A stretch of 62,879 nt of DNA, counting the filler, from Stramenopiles sp. TOSAG23-2 (Eukaryota): the NCBI GenBank assembly GCA_900128395.1. It is 19 parts of 19 records of this genome, joined end to end, with 100 filler letters (N's around TTAATTAATTAA, not from the genome) between each part and the next. Parts side by side here need not be neighbours in the genome. Positions count along the whole stretch, not along the records: positions 44,721 to 48,044 come from LT651258.1; positions 48,145 to 51,466 come from LT651259.1; positions 51,567 to 54,886 come from LT651260.1; positions 54,987 to 58,306 come from LT651261.1; 15 more parts are not named here. One strand, written 5' to 3'. Made by a program: the position numbers and the translations under genes. Shown in pieces: positions 45,441 to 58,077 of this stretch (its first letter is position 1; each line of letters opens with the position of its first letter). Under the pieces are notes generated by a model. The model saw nothing but the letters and a program-made list of their open reading frames with translations, had not been told where the DNA came from and did no database searches.

Positions 45441-46529
45441 ATGTCAGAACCATCATTGAAAAAACAGAAAACAACCACCACGACATCTTCCTCCTCAACA
45501 TCAACAGTGGAAAAAATTGCTGTATTAGGTGCTGGAAGTTACGGGACTGCAATTGCATTTGTATTAGCAAAATATAAACGTGCAGAGCAAGTTGTATTGT
45601 ATTGTCGTAATGAAAAGCAAGCTGAAAGTATAACAAATGAACATAAGAATCCAAAACGTTTTACAGGTTGCATATTGCCTGATAATATAGTTGGCTCATC
45701 AAATGTAGAAGAAGCTGTTAAAAATGCATCTTTAATTGTATTGGCAATACCTACACAACACTTACCAAGTTTTGTGAAGAAAAATTTATCTTACTTTAAA
45801 GATAATGTACCGCTAGTTTCTACAGCAAAGGGTATACACGTGAAATCACATAAATTGATTAGCAATGCATTGGAGGAAGTATTAGGGGATCGTGTTAAAA
45901 ATATTCCTTTGGCATATTTATCTGGACCATCATTTGCAAAGGAAATGGTTAATGGACATCCAATGGCATTAATTATAGCATCGCATACAATGGAAATTGC
46001 TAGGAAATGCCAAGAAATAATGTCATGTTTGCATTTTCGTTTATATATTTCATTAGATGTAACTGGTGTTGAATGTGGTGGTGCATTGAAAAATCCTGCT
46101 GCCATTGGAAGCGGTATAGCACAAGGTTTAGGATATGGTCAAAGTACAGTAGCTGGTATTGTTACTCGAAGTTGTAAAGAAATGCGTGAGTTAGCAGTTG
46201 CATTAGGTGGAAAACCTGAAACATTAGTAGGCTTGTCTGGCTTTGGTGATTTAATGTTAACATGTTTTAGTTCACAAAGTCGTAACAATCGTTTAGGTGG
46301 AATGATAGCAAAAGGCATGACGGTTGAAGAAGCGTTTGTTGAAATTGGCGAAGTAGTTGAAGGTGTTCCAACAGCAAATGAAATTGTAAGATTAGCAGAT
46401 ATACATAAATTACGTATGCCTTTATTTCGTGCAGTTGCTGCAATATTAGCTGGTAAAATTAAGCCGGAGGATGGATTAATGATGATTAATCAAAGACAAC
46501 CTGGATTAGAAAGGTTTTTATCGTCTTGA
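45441..46529 (+). CDS. gpsA: NAD(P)H-dependent glycerol-3-phosphate dehydrogenase (GpsA type)
   Basis: VLGAGSYGTA, STAKGI, LSGPSFAKE, GGALKN, GLSGFGDLMLTC..SRN and VVEGV motifs. Confidence 0.95.
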   Translation: MSEPSLKKQKTTTTTSSSSTSTVEKIAVLGAGSYGTAIAFVLAKYKRAEQVVLYCRNEKQAESITNEHKNPKRFTGCILPDNIVGSSNVEEAVKNASLIVLAIPTQHLPSFVKKNLSYFKDNVPLVSTAKGIHVKSHKLISNALEEVLGDRVKNIPLAYLSGPSFAKEMVNGHPMALIIASHTMEIARKCQEIMSCLHFRLYISLDVTGVECGGALKNPAAIGSGIAQGLGYGQSTVAGIVTRSCKEMRELAVALGGKPETLVGLSGFGDLMLTCFSSQSRNNRLGGMIAKGMTVEEAFVEIGEVVEGVPTANEIVRLADIHKLRMPLFRAVAAILAGKIKPEDGLMMINQRQPGLERFLSS

Positions 46530-47089
46530 TTTTGATTGTGTTAATTACAAAATATGAAAAAGCGCGCTATTTAATAACGTGTAATAAAATATGGACATTT
46601 AAGTACATATATTATATATATATATAGTTATACAAAACACACAAAATATTACGAACACATTACTTCAATTATACGATATATTTATATATTTTTCACCACA
46701 CTGTGGCACTACTTGGTCCTGGTACATTCTTACATAATATTATTATCTACTTCTTAGTATACTACATTCCAGTAAATATAATAGGACTGATGTGACAGCA
46801 TTTCGATTCGGCGAACCCTCACACCTCACACACATGACGTTGTTGTGATTAAATTATTACATGATGATGAATAATTCCAGAATTACTATATAGCACACTA
46901 TAATGTATGCTATATATTTAATATATCAACAAATATATATATATATTTATAGAGGGAACTAAATGTCATATTAAAAGAAACAATAATATCATCAAGTAAG
47001 AAAAAAGAGAAGAGCAATCATTACATGATTACTATTGCATACACACATATAAATACATACATATATACATACACATATTTTATACAATA

Positions 47090-47815
47090 ATGCAATCATC
47101 TAGGATATTATATGCATTAGTTGCACGGGGCCGTGTTGTCCTTGCAGAATATACTAGTACTAGTGGTAATTTTCCTACAGTTACTAGGATGTTATTAAAT
47201 AAAATACCAACAGATATGGATAATAAAATGAGTTATAAATACGACGATCATGTGTTTCATTACATGGTATCGGATGAAATTACATATCTATGCATGGCGG
47301 ATCTATCATGTAAGCGTCGTGTACCTTTTGGCTTTTTAAGTGATGTTAGTGATCGTTTTAAAGCAACATATGGGGATCAAGCAAAAACAGCAATAGCATT
47401 TGCTATGAATGAAGATTTTTCTAGAGTTCTACAAAAGCAAATGGACTACTTCAACGGAAGCCCACGTGAAGATGCATTAGGTAGAGTACAAGAACAAATA
47501 TCAGAAGTCAAAGATGTTGCAATGAAAAACATTGAACGTGTTTTGCAACGAGGGGATAAAATTGAATTATTAGTTGATAAGACAGATCGTATGAAGAATA
47601 CAGCTCATAAATTTCATAAAACATCAAAACGATTGAAAAATACAATGTGGTGGCAAAATGTGAAAATGTGGTTAATGATTATATTAATTGTTGCTGTAGT
47701 TGTATTTTTTCTTGCATCATTATTTTGTGGTGGAATGTCATTTCCGGAATGTCAATCAAAATCAAATAGTGGTGGTGGTAGTGATAGTGGTGGTGGTAGT
47801 GGTAAACAACCATGA
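47090..47815 (+). CDS. VAMP7: Longin R-SNARE VAMP7/VAMP71
   Basis: ILYALVARG.VVLAE longin domain, NIERVLQRGDKIELLVDKT R-SNARE core, MWWQNVK plus TM. Confidence 0.95.
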   Translation: MQSSRILYALVARGRVVLAEYTSTSGNFPTVTRMLLNKIPTDMDNKMSYKYDDHVFHYMVSDEITYLCMADLSCKRRVPFGFLSDVSDRFKATYGDQAKTAIAFAMNEDFSRVLQKQMDYFNGSPREDALGRVQEQISEVKDVAMKNIERVLQRGDKIELLVDKTDRMKNTAHKFHKTSKRLKNTMWWQNVKMWLMIILIVAVVVFFLASLFCGGMSFPECQSKSNSGGGSDSGGGSGKQP

Positions 47816-48361
47816 GAAATATTAAATACAAAATAAATATAATATTTAAAATTTTATTTTAAAAATAAAAAAAATAAAAAAATACATTTTTTTATTTATA
47901 TTTTATTATAAAAAATAACACACATACTCCGTGTAATAATTTTTTTTGTGTGAAAATATTTTTTTTTATTTTTTTTTAAAATATTATAAATGTTTTTAAC
48001 GAGCTTTACCCCAAGCCATTTTTGGCTTTGCAGCTTCAGCGTACNNNNNNNNNNNNNNNNNNNNNNNNNNNNNNNNNNNNNNNNNNNNTTAATTAATTAA
48101 NNNNNNNNNNNNNNNNNNNNNNNNNNNNNNNNNNNNNNNNNNNNAATATCTGTACACCGAGAACACCAGCTAAATTTTTTAATTTTGAAGTACCAGATAT
48201 ATATTATTATTATATCGCTTTTATAAAAACGCGCCCCCTTTTTCAATTTTTTCTCCCTTTTCCAAAATACAAAGAAATACGGGACACACCTTTATTACGA
48301 CACACACACACACCTTTTTTTTTTCATTTTATCAAAATATCTCACAGAAATATTTCTTTTT

Positions 48362-49807
48362 TTAATCTTTGGATGATTTCTTCTTCTTCTTCTTTTTCTT
48401 TTTTTTATCTTTCTTTTCTTTCTTTTTTTTCTTTGCTTTCGGTTCATCGTCTGAATCATCATTATCTACATCCATAGCACTACTAGATCTTTTTAAACTT
48501 TTACCAACTTCATTCATACAATCTATGTTTTTCCTTGGTGCATCACCTGTGTCGTAAAACTTTAAACGTTCTTCCACTTGTGATTTCATCATTTCCCCAT
48601 ATTCTTTCGTAGCAACTTCAGAAAATGCATCAATTCTTGAAGCAATTGAACATTTATTAGCTAAATATCTTGAAATTCTACCTTTATTCTTTGCACCTGC
48701 ACGACCAATAAAACTGGAATGAAAGATCAAACCATATTTAGGAGTATTGCCACGGGTTTTCAATGCACGGAACAATGCTTTTTCTGCCCCTAAAATTTGA
48801 ACAGTAGATGCAGGAGCTTTTGCTAAATTTGTTAAACTTCCAGCATGTGATATTAAACGTGCGCCAACTACTTCCCCAATTAAAGCTTTTAAATTTGGTG
48901 CAACACGATCCATACGATCATTTAAATATTCATACAATTGATGTCTATATTTCGTCAACGAGATTACACGATCCGCAAAACTTTTGACGTTGAACATATC
49001 GACAACTGAAATGTCCATCCCCATCGATGTTTTCAATGCATTTGCCACTTGATCTGCAAGGCCATCATCATCTTCATCATTGTCCATTAAAATATCTTTT
49101 AATTCATTTAATTTAGCTTCATCAAATGAACTGCGCATTTGGATAAGCGATGCACAACGGCAGAATAAAAAATTATCTTTCACAATTTTATTCATTTCTG
49201 GGAAATGCCATGAATACCATTCCCGGCAACGCATGGAGAACGTATTAATGTCTTTGTCCAATTGATCCAACAACGAGATTGCTTGTATGATCATATTGTC
49301 ATTACGATTTACATTAAATTTCACTTTGCAACGGGAATAACTATGACCTAAACCAAGTTGTGCACGTTCTTGATTACCACCATCTAACTCTTTTACAAAA
49401 CGATGAAAATGGTTCCTTACACCTCTTAAAAGCTCTTTTGTAATCTCTTCGCATTTACATGGAAATCCTAAGCCTTCGTTAATGGAATTGCCTAATTTTG
49501 CATCGGATACACCAACCCAAAACTTAGCTTTTTTACCTTCTTTCACTTTTGGTAAATTTAGTTCCAAAAAGTCTTTTAATGTATCGTTAACAATACCTTC
49601 CGAGATATCATTAATGTTACTTAGAGCATCTTGTGCATCTTTGAATGGAACGAAACTAACGTATTTCACAAATTTACTGAATAGTTTTAAATCATTGATA
49701 GCCTCTTCCACTTCTGGTACCTTCGCACCAATTTCTTCTGCTTCAATTACTTCAAATAATGAATATCCAGCAGCAGCTTCATATAATAAATAAGCACCTT
49801 TTGGCAT
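48362..49807 (-). CDS. NOP56: Nucleolar protein 56 (box C/D snoRNP core)
   Basis: [54 protein letters not shown] and a KKE/D tail. Confidence 0.97.
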   Translation of the reverse strand: MPKGAYLLYEAAAGYSLFEVIEAEEIGAKVPEVEEAINDLKLFSKFVKYVSFVPFKDAQDALSNINDISEGIVNDTLKDFLELNLPKVKEGKKAKFWVGVSDAKLGNSINEGLGFPCKCEEITKELLRGVRNHFHRFVKELDGGNQERAQLGLGHSYSRCKVKFNVNRNDNMIIQAISLLDQLDKDINTFSMRCREWYSWHFPEMNKIVKDNFLFCRCASLIQMRSSFDEAKLNELKDILMDNDEDDDGLADQVANALKTSMGMDISVVDMFNVKSFADRVISLTKYRHQLYEYLNDRMDRVAPNLKALIGEVVGARLISHAGSLTNLAKAPASTVQILGAEKALFRALKTRGNTPKYGLIFHSSFIGRAGAKNKGRISRYLANKCSIASRIDAFSEVATKEYGEMMKSQVEERLKFYDTGDAPRKNIDCMNEVGKSLKRSSSAMDVDNDDSDDEPKAKKKKKEKKDKKKKKKKKKKSSKD

Positions 49808-50395
49808 GATATTTTATATAATTATATTTATTTTATTTTATTATTATTGCGTAGATTAGCGTTGGTTAATATATATATATATATATGTATATATATGTAT
49901 GTATATTCTTCAACTTCTTCAACTTTAAATGAAAAAATATAATTTGTTACTTTCTAGTATAAATTCTGTCTGATTCTCTGTGTATGTATATCTTGTACCT
50001 TCCAACAGACAGGACAGGACAGTATAGTAAGTAGATGTATATACAGTAAATCTGGATATATTACATGTATTATACATATACATATAATTTATTAATATTA
50101 TTTATTTAATACATGGCACCATTGGTGTTGTGTTCTGCATCTTCCCTTTTCGTCCTAATAAGAGTGTCGTGCTGTCGACCATCCAATCTTTGGAACATTG
50201 GTTTTAACATTACACAGTATTGAAAAAGAGGCAAATCCCACCAAATACTGGAATATGATCTATCGATAGGGCTCTAGCTATATATAGTCGTCTATAGTGC
50301 TATCTATAATAGACTACCACACACCATGGTGGTAGATCTATAGTATTTATTTTTATGGTCGATTCCTCGTATAAGAAATTAATTAATTTGTGACA

Positions 50396-50859
50396 ATTTT
50401 AGACGGGAATCCTTAAATATTATTCCATTTTGATAGGTGTATGTACTAATTACAATAAGAACAAAAATAATCCTTTGTAGACTTGCAAGGGTAAGATCCC
50501 ATTAAAAAGTGGAAAAACACTATTATACTAATAAATATGAAAAAAATAACACTATTCATTATTAATGGAAGTTGGCGTTATTATGGACCAGATTGTCATT
50601 CAGGAGGATTCAGGCCCCTCTCTGTCTGATTCAGGGTACTCTGGACACCAGAGATTTTCCTTGCCAGTAGAAAACCTCTGGTCCAGAACGCCAACATCCA
50701 TTATGAATAGTGTTAGTTTTTTCATATTTTTTAGTGTTTTTCCACTTTTTAAATAGGATCTTAGGCTTGGCAGTCTACAAAGGATTATTTTTGTTCTTAT
50801 TGTAATTAGTATAGACACCTATCAAAATGAAATAATATTTAAGGATTCTCGTCTAAAAT
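50396..50859. mobile_element. Foldback/MITE-like element with ~190-bp imperfect inverted arms (50396-50592 / 50677-50859)
   Basis: The arms are reverse complements over their length with substitutions and indels, e.g. actaattacaataagaacaaaaataatcctttgtagact / agtctacaaaggattatttttgttcttattgtaattagt. Confidence 0.8.
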
Positions 50860-51567
50860 GCCATGAAAACATAAACGTTCAGAAAAACAACATATATTTC
50901 AGATACAAACACATATACAAAAATATATATAGATACATAGACAGATATATTATAGAATATGATTAATTTAAATTAGATACTCTATGAGATAATTGTTTAT
51001 ATCATGATTTTTATTATTAATATGTTATATATAATAATAAAAATCCATTTATTGAAGACAACTGTTTATAAATTAAATAATACAAGATAAAATTGAACAG
51101 TTGCAAATGTTATTTATAAGATATATATATACTGCTATTAATAATAATATATGTATAATTAGATGTTAATTATGAAAATGTAATTGGTTATGTATTGTAA
51201 AAAGTTATTCAAACTGTCTCCAAATTATTGTTTCATTTGGTAGGAAATAATAAATCCTACCAAACAAGCTAAAAATTTCCAGACAGTTTGTACAACTTGT
51301 TACAAACCATAATAAAGTCTGTGTGTATAAATCTACATTTAAAATTTTCATATCTATATATATACATCAATAAATATAAATACTGACATTCTTTGTCAAT
51401 AAAATAGATATGTAAAAGTTTCTATTAGTGTTCAATGCTATTCCCATACTATTCGCATTCTCAATANNNNNNNNNNNNNNNNNNNNNNNNNNNNNNNNNN
51501 NNNNNNNNNNTTAATTAATTAANNNNNNNNNNNNNNNNNNNNNNNNNNNNNNNNNNNNNNNNNNNNA

Positions 51568-51951
51568 TCACAAAATAAATATGATGAAGCATTAGAATAT
51601 TATAATAAATCATTAGATATTGATATAAATAAATTAGGTAAAGATCATACTGATGTTGCAGGATCATATAATAATATAGCAAATGTTTATCAATCACAAA
51701 ATAAATATGATGAAGCATTAGAATATTATAATAAATCATTAGATATTTATATAAATAAATTAGGTAAAGATCATACTTATGTTACAACATCATATATGAA
51801 TTTAGGTAAATTAAACGAAGAAAACCTTCACAATTATAAAGTTGCATTGGAATATTATCAAAAAGCAAAACCTATATACACTAAATCACACAATGGACAA
51901 TACGATGCATATTTCGATGGAAGAATCCAATTTTGTAAAGATAAAATATAA
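51568..51951 (+). CDS. Kinesin-light-chain-type TPR protein, 3' fragment (not in the ORF track)
   Basis: 42-aa repeats SQNKYDEALEYYNKSLDI.INKLGKDH..VA.SYNNIA; stop TAA at 51949-51951. Confidence 0.9.
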   Translation, partial: SQNKYDEALEYYNKSLDIDINKLGKDHTDVAGSYNNIANVYQSQNKYDEALEYYNKSLDIYINKLGKDHTYVTTSYMNLGKLNEENLHNYKVALEYYQKAKPIYTKSHNGQYDAYFDGRIQFCKDKI

Positions 51952-52055
51952 ATATTTTATCATATCTTATGAGAGTGGAAAATGCCAAATAAAAAAAAAT
52001 ATAAATTTTACTGCATTGTCTATACACATCACTACACATGCACAAAGATTTCAAC

Positions 52056-54449
52056 CTATTGAAAAACCATTTTAACAACTTCTTCATCTTTTTCAAATGT
52101 AACAGTTTTGCATGATAATTGATGAGAATCCATCTCATCATTGGATGCATTTGCTATCATCACAATGCACACTTCAACATTTTCGCTTTTCATACCAACA
52201 ACTTCAACATGCAATTCTTCATTTCCACTAACATTAACAGAAATGACTGATTGAAATCGAATTGTTGCACCTGTTACATATTTATTACGTTCACCAATAA
52301 ATGCAAATTTATCCCCCATAATTGGTGATACAATTGCATAAATATGGTCTTCATATCCAGGAGATAATTTATTAGTTGCGTCTTTATTTAAATCGATGAC
52401 TTCACCTGTATACCAATTATAAATAATATATTCCATACCACTATGTTCATCATCACCATGATTAAAAACCATATTTGATGTCATCATACTATTGGGATCA
52501 TCATTATAATAATAATAAAGACGTCCATATTCTTTTACATCAGAATATGTGTTATAAACATAACATCCTCCAGGATCTTCTGCCGCATCATCATTATTAT
52601 TAGTAGTAGTATTATCATTCAGAAAACATGAATCGGATATTGATACCGGTTTATCTGGTTTTAATATTGTACCATCGCTTCTACACGATGTCATAACACG
52701 AGTTTTATTTAATAAATTAATACCATCCATTGGACCAACCATTGCACATGATAAAGTTGCCATTAAACATTCACGATCTGGATTCAATTCTGGACCAACT
52801 GTTTGTCCACCTATCTGTTTATTTGTACTACTATAAAAACCATCTTTAAATGGCAATATACCAATAGCCCAATAAAACAATGATGTTGATCCGATTGCCC
52901 AATTTGTGTGATTTGTGGCATGGAAATAATCATTTGTAGCACGTGCATTTGTTACAGCTTTATATGCACTTGCAGACAAAACATCATGTGCATATGGCAT
53001 GCAATATTGTTGTGTACGATTCGACGATTCAACACCTAATGCCATTCCTTCAAGCCATAAATCTCCCATTGAAATATTGGTTTGCAATGCTTCAACCTCA
53101 TCATATTCTTTACACATCCAATCTTGCTCGTACATTGTTAATCCCCACCCTTCTTGTTGTTTAAAAAACCAATTAAAAAATGCTTTAGGATCTTTAGGAA
53201 CTGCTGCCTCTTTTGAAATATACCATTCAAATTTCAAATTTTTTATATAATCACTTCGAGTAGACCATTGGCGATTATGCATAACAATCGGAAGTTGAAG
53301 TTTATTTTGTATCTCCACCATTCCATTAACACCAGTTATATTGTCATCGGGAAATACACTTTCCATATTTGTCCAATTTGTGACAGCACCACCACCACCA
53401 CCTGGTCCGACACCACCATCTTTTGGATAAAACCATGAATCAAATTGCCAATGTTTAAATGGAATACCAATTTTATCATGGTATGCTTTCACTTCTGGTA
53501 AAACTTCCATGTATGTTTTTGATTTATCAACCCCTGTACTATAATGATAGTACCCACCATTATCGGTCCAAAATCCTATTGTCGAATGCGTTGCATCTAA
53601 ATACATATTGGCACGTGGTTTCCCAGTGTATTTTAACATTTGATCCCCCCATGCCATCATCCCTTGATTGATACCAGTAGATCCAATTAACATGAAGATT
53701 TGTTTATATCCTTCTGGAATTTCTGTTACTGTACTTTTAATCCCAGCACCAAAGAACGAGTCATCACTTGCCATATGAAATGCTTTAGGCATATTCAATG
53801 GTGAAAAGACTGACATTGGTAAACTTTCATTTCTGCTATCATAAATAATTAACGGAACTCCACCTTGGTGAGTTTCCACATAAGTTGACATGGTACAACT
53901 TTTTACTTGTGGAAATATTCCATGATATGAAAAACAATCCAAATCTTTTCCGTCTTCTTGATGCATATTAATCGATGATTTGCGATCAAATGCTGGGAAG
54001 ATTGTATTTGCTGATAAGTTGCTATTTTTTGTTTTTGAAGATGATGAAAATAATTCTTTACTATTTATCGTTTTATGGAAATATTGTTCAAATAAAATTA
54101 AGTCATGCATTTCATATGTACGAAAAGTGGTAGTGAACATTACTGTTTCTGGATCTTCGCTTTTTGCATAGTCAATACTTATGGCAGAATAATGCCCAAG
54201 CTTATCTGCACCAATCGTATTATTATGTGTACCAACTTGTACTAACGTTCCATCTTTTGTTGAATATTGTCCAACTTGCACAAATTTCCCACCGGATAAC
54301 CATGTATTTGTATCATGTAAAATGGTAAACTCATTATTTTCTTCTACTTGTAATGTTAACGTACCAGCATTTACATTTGCAACAAGTGTTGTTATTATTA
54401 TTGCTGCTAATGCTATTGTTGGTGTAAAATGGTATTTATTTACTTTCAT
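52056..54449 (-). CDS. Secreted uncharacterised glycoside-hydrolase-like protein (probably a clan GH-D-like TIM barrel)
   Basis: Signal peptide; FWTDNGGYY, WQFDSWFY, YEQDWM, QYCM and ARATNDY motifs resemble GH27/36-type barrels. Confidence 0.7.
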   Translation of the reverse strand: MKVNKYHFTPTIALAAIIITTLVANVNAGTLTLQVEENNEFTILHDTNTWLSGGKFVQVGQYSTKDGTLVQVGTHNNTIGADKLGHYSAISIDYAKSEDPETVMFTTTFRTYEMHDLILFEQYFHKTINSKELFSSSSKTKNSNLSANTIFPAFDRKSSINMHQEDGKDLDCFSYHGIFPQVKSCTMSTYVETHQGGVPLIIYDSRNESLPMSVFSPLNMPKAFHMASDDSFFGAGIKSTVTEIPEGYKQIFMLIGSTGINQGMMAWGDQMLKYTGKPRANMYLDATHSTIGFWTDNGGYYHYSTGVDKSKTYMEVLPEVKAYHDKIGIPFKHWQFDSWFYPKDGGVGPGGGGGAVTNWTNMESVFPDDNITGVNGMVEIQNKLQLPIVMHNRQWSTRSDYIKNLKFEWYISKEAAVPKDPKAFFNWFFKQQEGWGLTMYEQDWMCKEYDEVEALQTNISMGDLWLEGMALGVESSNRTQQYCMPYAHDVLSASAYKAVTNARATNDYFHATNHTNWAIGSTSLFYWAIGILPFKDGFYSSTNKQIGGQTVGPELNPDRECLMATLSCAMVGPMDGINLLNKTRVMTSCRSDGTILKPDKPVSISDSCFLNDNTTTNNNDDAAEDPGGCYVYNTYSDVKEYGRLYYYYNDDPNSMMTSNMVFNHGDDEHSGMEYIIYNWYTGEVIDLNKDATNKLSPGYEDHIYAIVSPIMGDKFAFIGERNKYVTGATIRFQSVISVNVSGNEELHVEVVGMKSENVEVCIVMIANASNDEMDSHQLSCKTVTFEKDEEVVKMVFQ

Positions 54450-55695
54450 CCTCTTTTGTGTGAATCTGTTTTTTAATTTGTATATATTTTATATATGTAC
54501 TTTCACTTGTTTGTATTTCAATAATCGGGACTAGTTGTTGTATTTATAGTTTGATGAATTAAATTTGATGTTTTTAATAATAAATAAATAATAAATAAAA
54601 ATACCAAGTGCCGTGAAAGGCAAGGACCCCTGCCCTGAATTTATGTAAAAACGATGGAAATGTTGTTAAACAAGGAGAAAGTTAAGGAGGAAATTTGAAT
54701 TTACACGAGCGGGTATAATGGTAATAAATTCTTATTCGTGTAAATTGAGTTTTAATGTGGCTGGAAGTGCGGTATAGCAGGGTGATAGGTTGTATTGAGA
54801 GTATCAGAAAAGCGGAGGTTTGTTTTTTTGTTATGTAAGAATCGTTTTTTACGGTGGAAGTTTTCCCTATACTATGTCTATGGTAANNNNNNNNNNNNNN
54901 NNNNNNNNNNNNNNNNNNNNNNNNNNNNNNTTAATTAATTAANNNNNNNNNNNNNNNNNNNNNNNNNNNNNNNNNNNNNNNNNNNNTTCATAGCAACCAT
55001 TGTCTTGGATGACAATAGGTTGTGGTTGCAATGCACAAAATATAATTTTACAATTTACATTTTTTATATTTTTATATTTTTATATAAATAAATAAAAAAA
55101 AATACCGTCGTCGCGTTTATAGCTGAAAGGAAAGTGTTTTTATAAAAAGCATTATTAATACACAGCATTGCAATTTTTTTGGATTAGACGCATGATGTAT
55201 TATAAAAATATATAGAGCTACCTGATGTATAAAATAATTTAAGTTTACCATACACAACACACAATTTATTAAATTATTTTTTTTATTAATTTACTCGTAC
55301 ATATTATATCAAATTATTTCAGTTATTTTATTCTTTTGAAGAGTAGGAATTATCATGAGTAAATTAANNNNNNNNNNNNNNNNNNNNNNNNNNNNNNNNN
55401 NNNNNNNNNNNNNNNNNNNNNNNNNNNNNNNNNNNNNNNNNNNNNNNNNNNNNNNNNNNNNNNNNNNNNNNNNNNNNNNNNNNNNNTGAAGAGTAGGAAT
55501 TATCATGAGTAAATTAAAAATAAATTATGCGTAAATTAAATTATATCAAATAAATACGAAGTACGAAGTATGATATTATATTGGATAAATCTATCTCATT
55601 CGCCCTCCTTTAATTATTTGCACACAGCATCATACAAAACGTATATCTTCGACGTACGATAATATTAACACGCCATTTCTATCATACTATGACTA

Positions 55696-58077
55696 TTATA
55701 TATTTCGTTGGTTGTTATTTTGGGTTATATGTGTAGCTTGAACAATCGGTACCGGCTGGGCGCCTCCGGGATGTTGCATTATTTGTGGTTGTACCATCAT
55801 TCCTTGTTGTTGCATCATTCCTTGTTGTGCCTGTGGTTGCATGCTAAAGCTACCGCGGTTCATATTAAAGCTGCCGCGTTGCATATTGGGATGATTTTGT
55901 GGTACCATCTGAACATTAGTGGCAGCTTGTACACCAATTGGTTTGTTTCTATCATGTACATGTCTCCCTTTCGATCGTTGACGAAACACCATAACACCAA
56001 CCACACAACAACAGCAAAATAAAATTGGAAGGATTATTGCTAATATCAACCCGCCTGAATTCCCTTTACAATGATCCATATACACTTGCTCAATAGTGGC
56101 ACCTGTTGGAATATATGGTGCTTCACTATTAATGGGTGTAATTTGACAATACTTTTCTGAAGCCTTTGGAGAAATAACTTTTCCTGAAGTATCACCTTGT
56201 TGAGTAAAATCGTATTTAACACATTGGCTAGATCGTTTTTGTAACCTAACAGCTAATACTGAATCATCTAAACTTGCACCAAAATCAGCAGCTAATACAT
56301 CAATTCCAACAACGCCGTGAAACACACGTTTGTTGGTTTTTGCATCATTCGCATATACAGGCACTGCAACAGTTGTCATTTTACCCTGCCCACTTGAATC
56401 CATATAAAATTCTGACCACCTAGGTGTCGATGAGGCATTGCCAAGAGGAATTTTATCTGAAAAATATTCAAAATATCGTATCATAGCATGTTTCAATGCC
56501 GCTGGATCTCCATCCTCGACCTTTGCAAACCATCCATCATTTTCGCATGCCAATTGGGCAGGAATAGTCTCATCGGCGCCATTTCCTAATGCATATGTAA
56601 ATATGTGTGGAGATGGATTGCCTAATGCAGTTTTTTGATCATCCATCCAATCCTTCCACTGATCCCATTCATTATCATTCATTTTACCATCTGTTAAGAA
56701 AGATATAATACGTTCACAACCCGCTGAGTTTTGCGCGCCTCCTGCGTCAGAATTCTGTGATTTTCTAAATATCTCAAATGCTTTCTGTATCCCACATTGA
56801 CCACATGTACTACCTTGTGCTTTAATTTCCTGAATATACTCTTTCAATTTGTTTTTATTTTCATCGGTACCTCTTACCACTGTTGATTAATTAAATTATG
56901 TATTTATGTATGTATGTGTGTGTGTGTGGGTGTTTATGTCTATGTTAGAAAATTATAAGTCAATTGACACATATGAGTGTTTGTATGTGTGTGTAGGTAC
57001 CAAATATAAGTATAAAACTTACATGTTCCACTGTTGGATCGAGCACCTGTGCTGTAAACTACAACCTGAATAAAATCAGAAAATGTAGCAGTGTTTAATT
57101 GTGCTATAGCAGCCTCTTTCATAATTTCTAGACGTTCTTTTTCAACTACTTCCTCTTCTCCGTTCTCGTTTATTTCCTTCACTTCCTCTCTCTCTCTCTA
57201 NNNNNNNNNNNNNNNNNNNNNNNNNNNNNNNNNNNNNNNNNNNNNNNNNNNNNNNNNNNNNNNNNNNNNNNNNNNNNNNNNNNNNNNNNNNNNNNNNNNN
57301 NNNNNNNNNNNNNNNNNNNNNNNNNNNNNNNGGCATACCATGGTCTATATCTAGGATCATATGTATCACACCAACACATCGTCTTAATGGATGCAGGATA
57401 TTGAGCAAACAGACCGGTCTCTTGCCCACCAAAATACTGCCAAGAAGTAGTGGCTGCTAAGTCACCGTAAATTGTATCCCCTTTCGCACTTCTATCAAAA
57501 GCCTTTCCAGCCATTGATGCTGCGCATACTTCTGCGCGAACTTTGTCGTTCTGTGGTGTATCTGGTTGGATTTTATATCCCGTATAATCGCCTGTACGTG
57601 CCCCTTTAAATTTTTCATTCTTCTCTAATTTTTGTGGTGTATTCTTACCATCTGTTGGGCGCGTATCCTCGTAAGTAACTTCGTACGTGTTACCTTCTTC
57701 TTCACTGTGTACATACTTTCCTCCTTGTTNNNNNNNNNNNNNNNNNNNNNNNNNNNNNNNNNNNNNNNNNNNNNNNNNNNNNNNNNNNNNNNNNNNNNNN
57801 NNNNNNNNNCTTCGTCACTCTTTACATACTTTCCTCCTTGTTCTTCGTCTGGCATACACATATCGGGAAATTTATAGTCACTGATTCCATCGCAAATAGA
57901 AGCACTTAAACCCTGTGCATCGATTGTTTGGAATGCTTTAATTATTTCGTTAGCAGCATCCATAGCCATCAATTCCCTGGTAGACATTGCATCTCCACTT
58001 GTATCGCAGTACGAAAATGGCACAATGTTTGATAAAATAAGTATCGTAGTGGTTACAAAATGAATAATACTAACCAT
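55696..58077 (-). CDS. Alpha2-delta/CACHD1-like VWA-Cache membrane protein; intron 56880-57022; two internal N gaps
   Basis: Signal peptide, WQYFG..TG.F..YPA, YDPRYRPWY, FLTDG, IFTYALG, WSEFYMDSSGQG, GVVGIDV, TM plus CCCC. The GTAAGT...ACAG intron restores SGTLVRGT. Confidence 0.88.

Noticed and set aside
48362-49807. Linkage of NOP56 to the snoRNA cluster as one system
   Set aside because: They are on different contigs ordered only by length, so adjacency in this window is meaningless.
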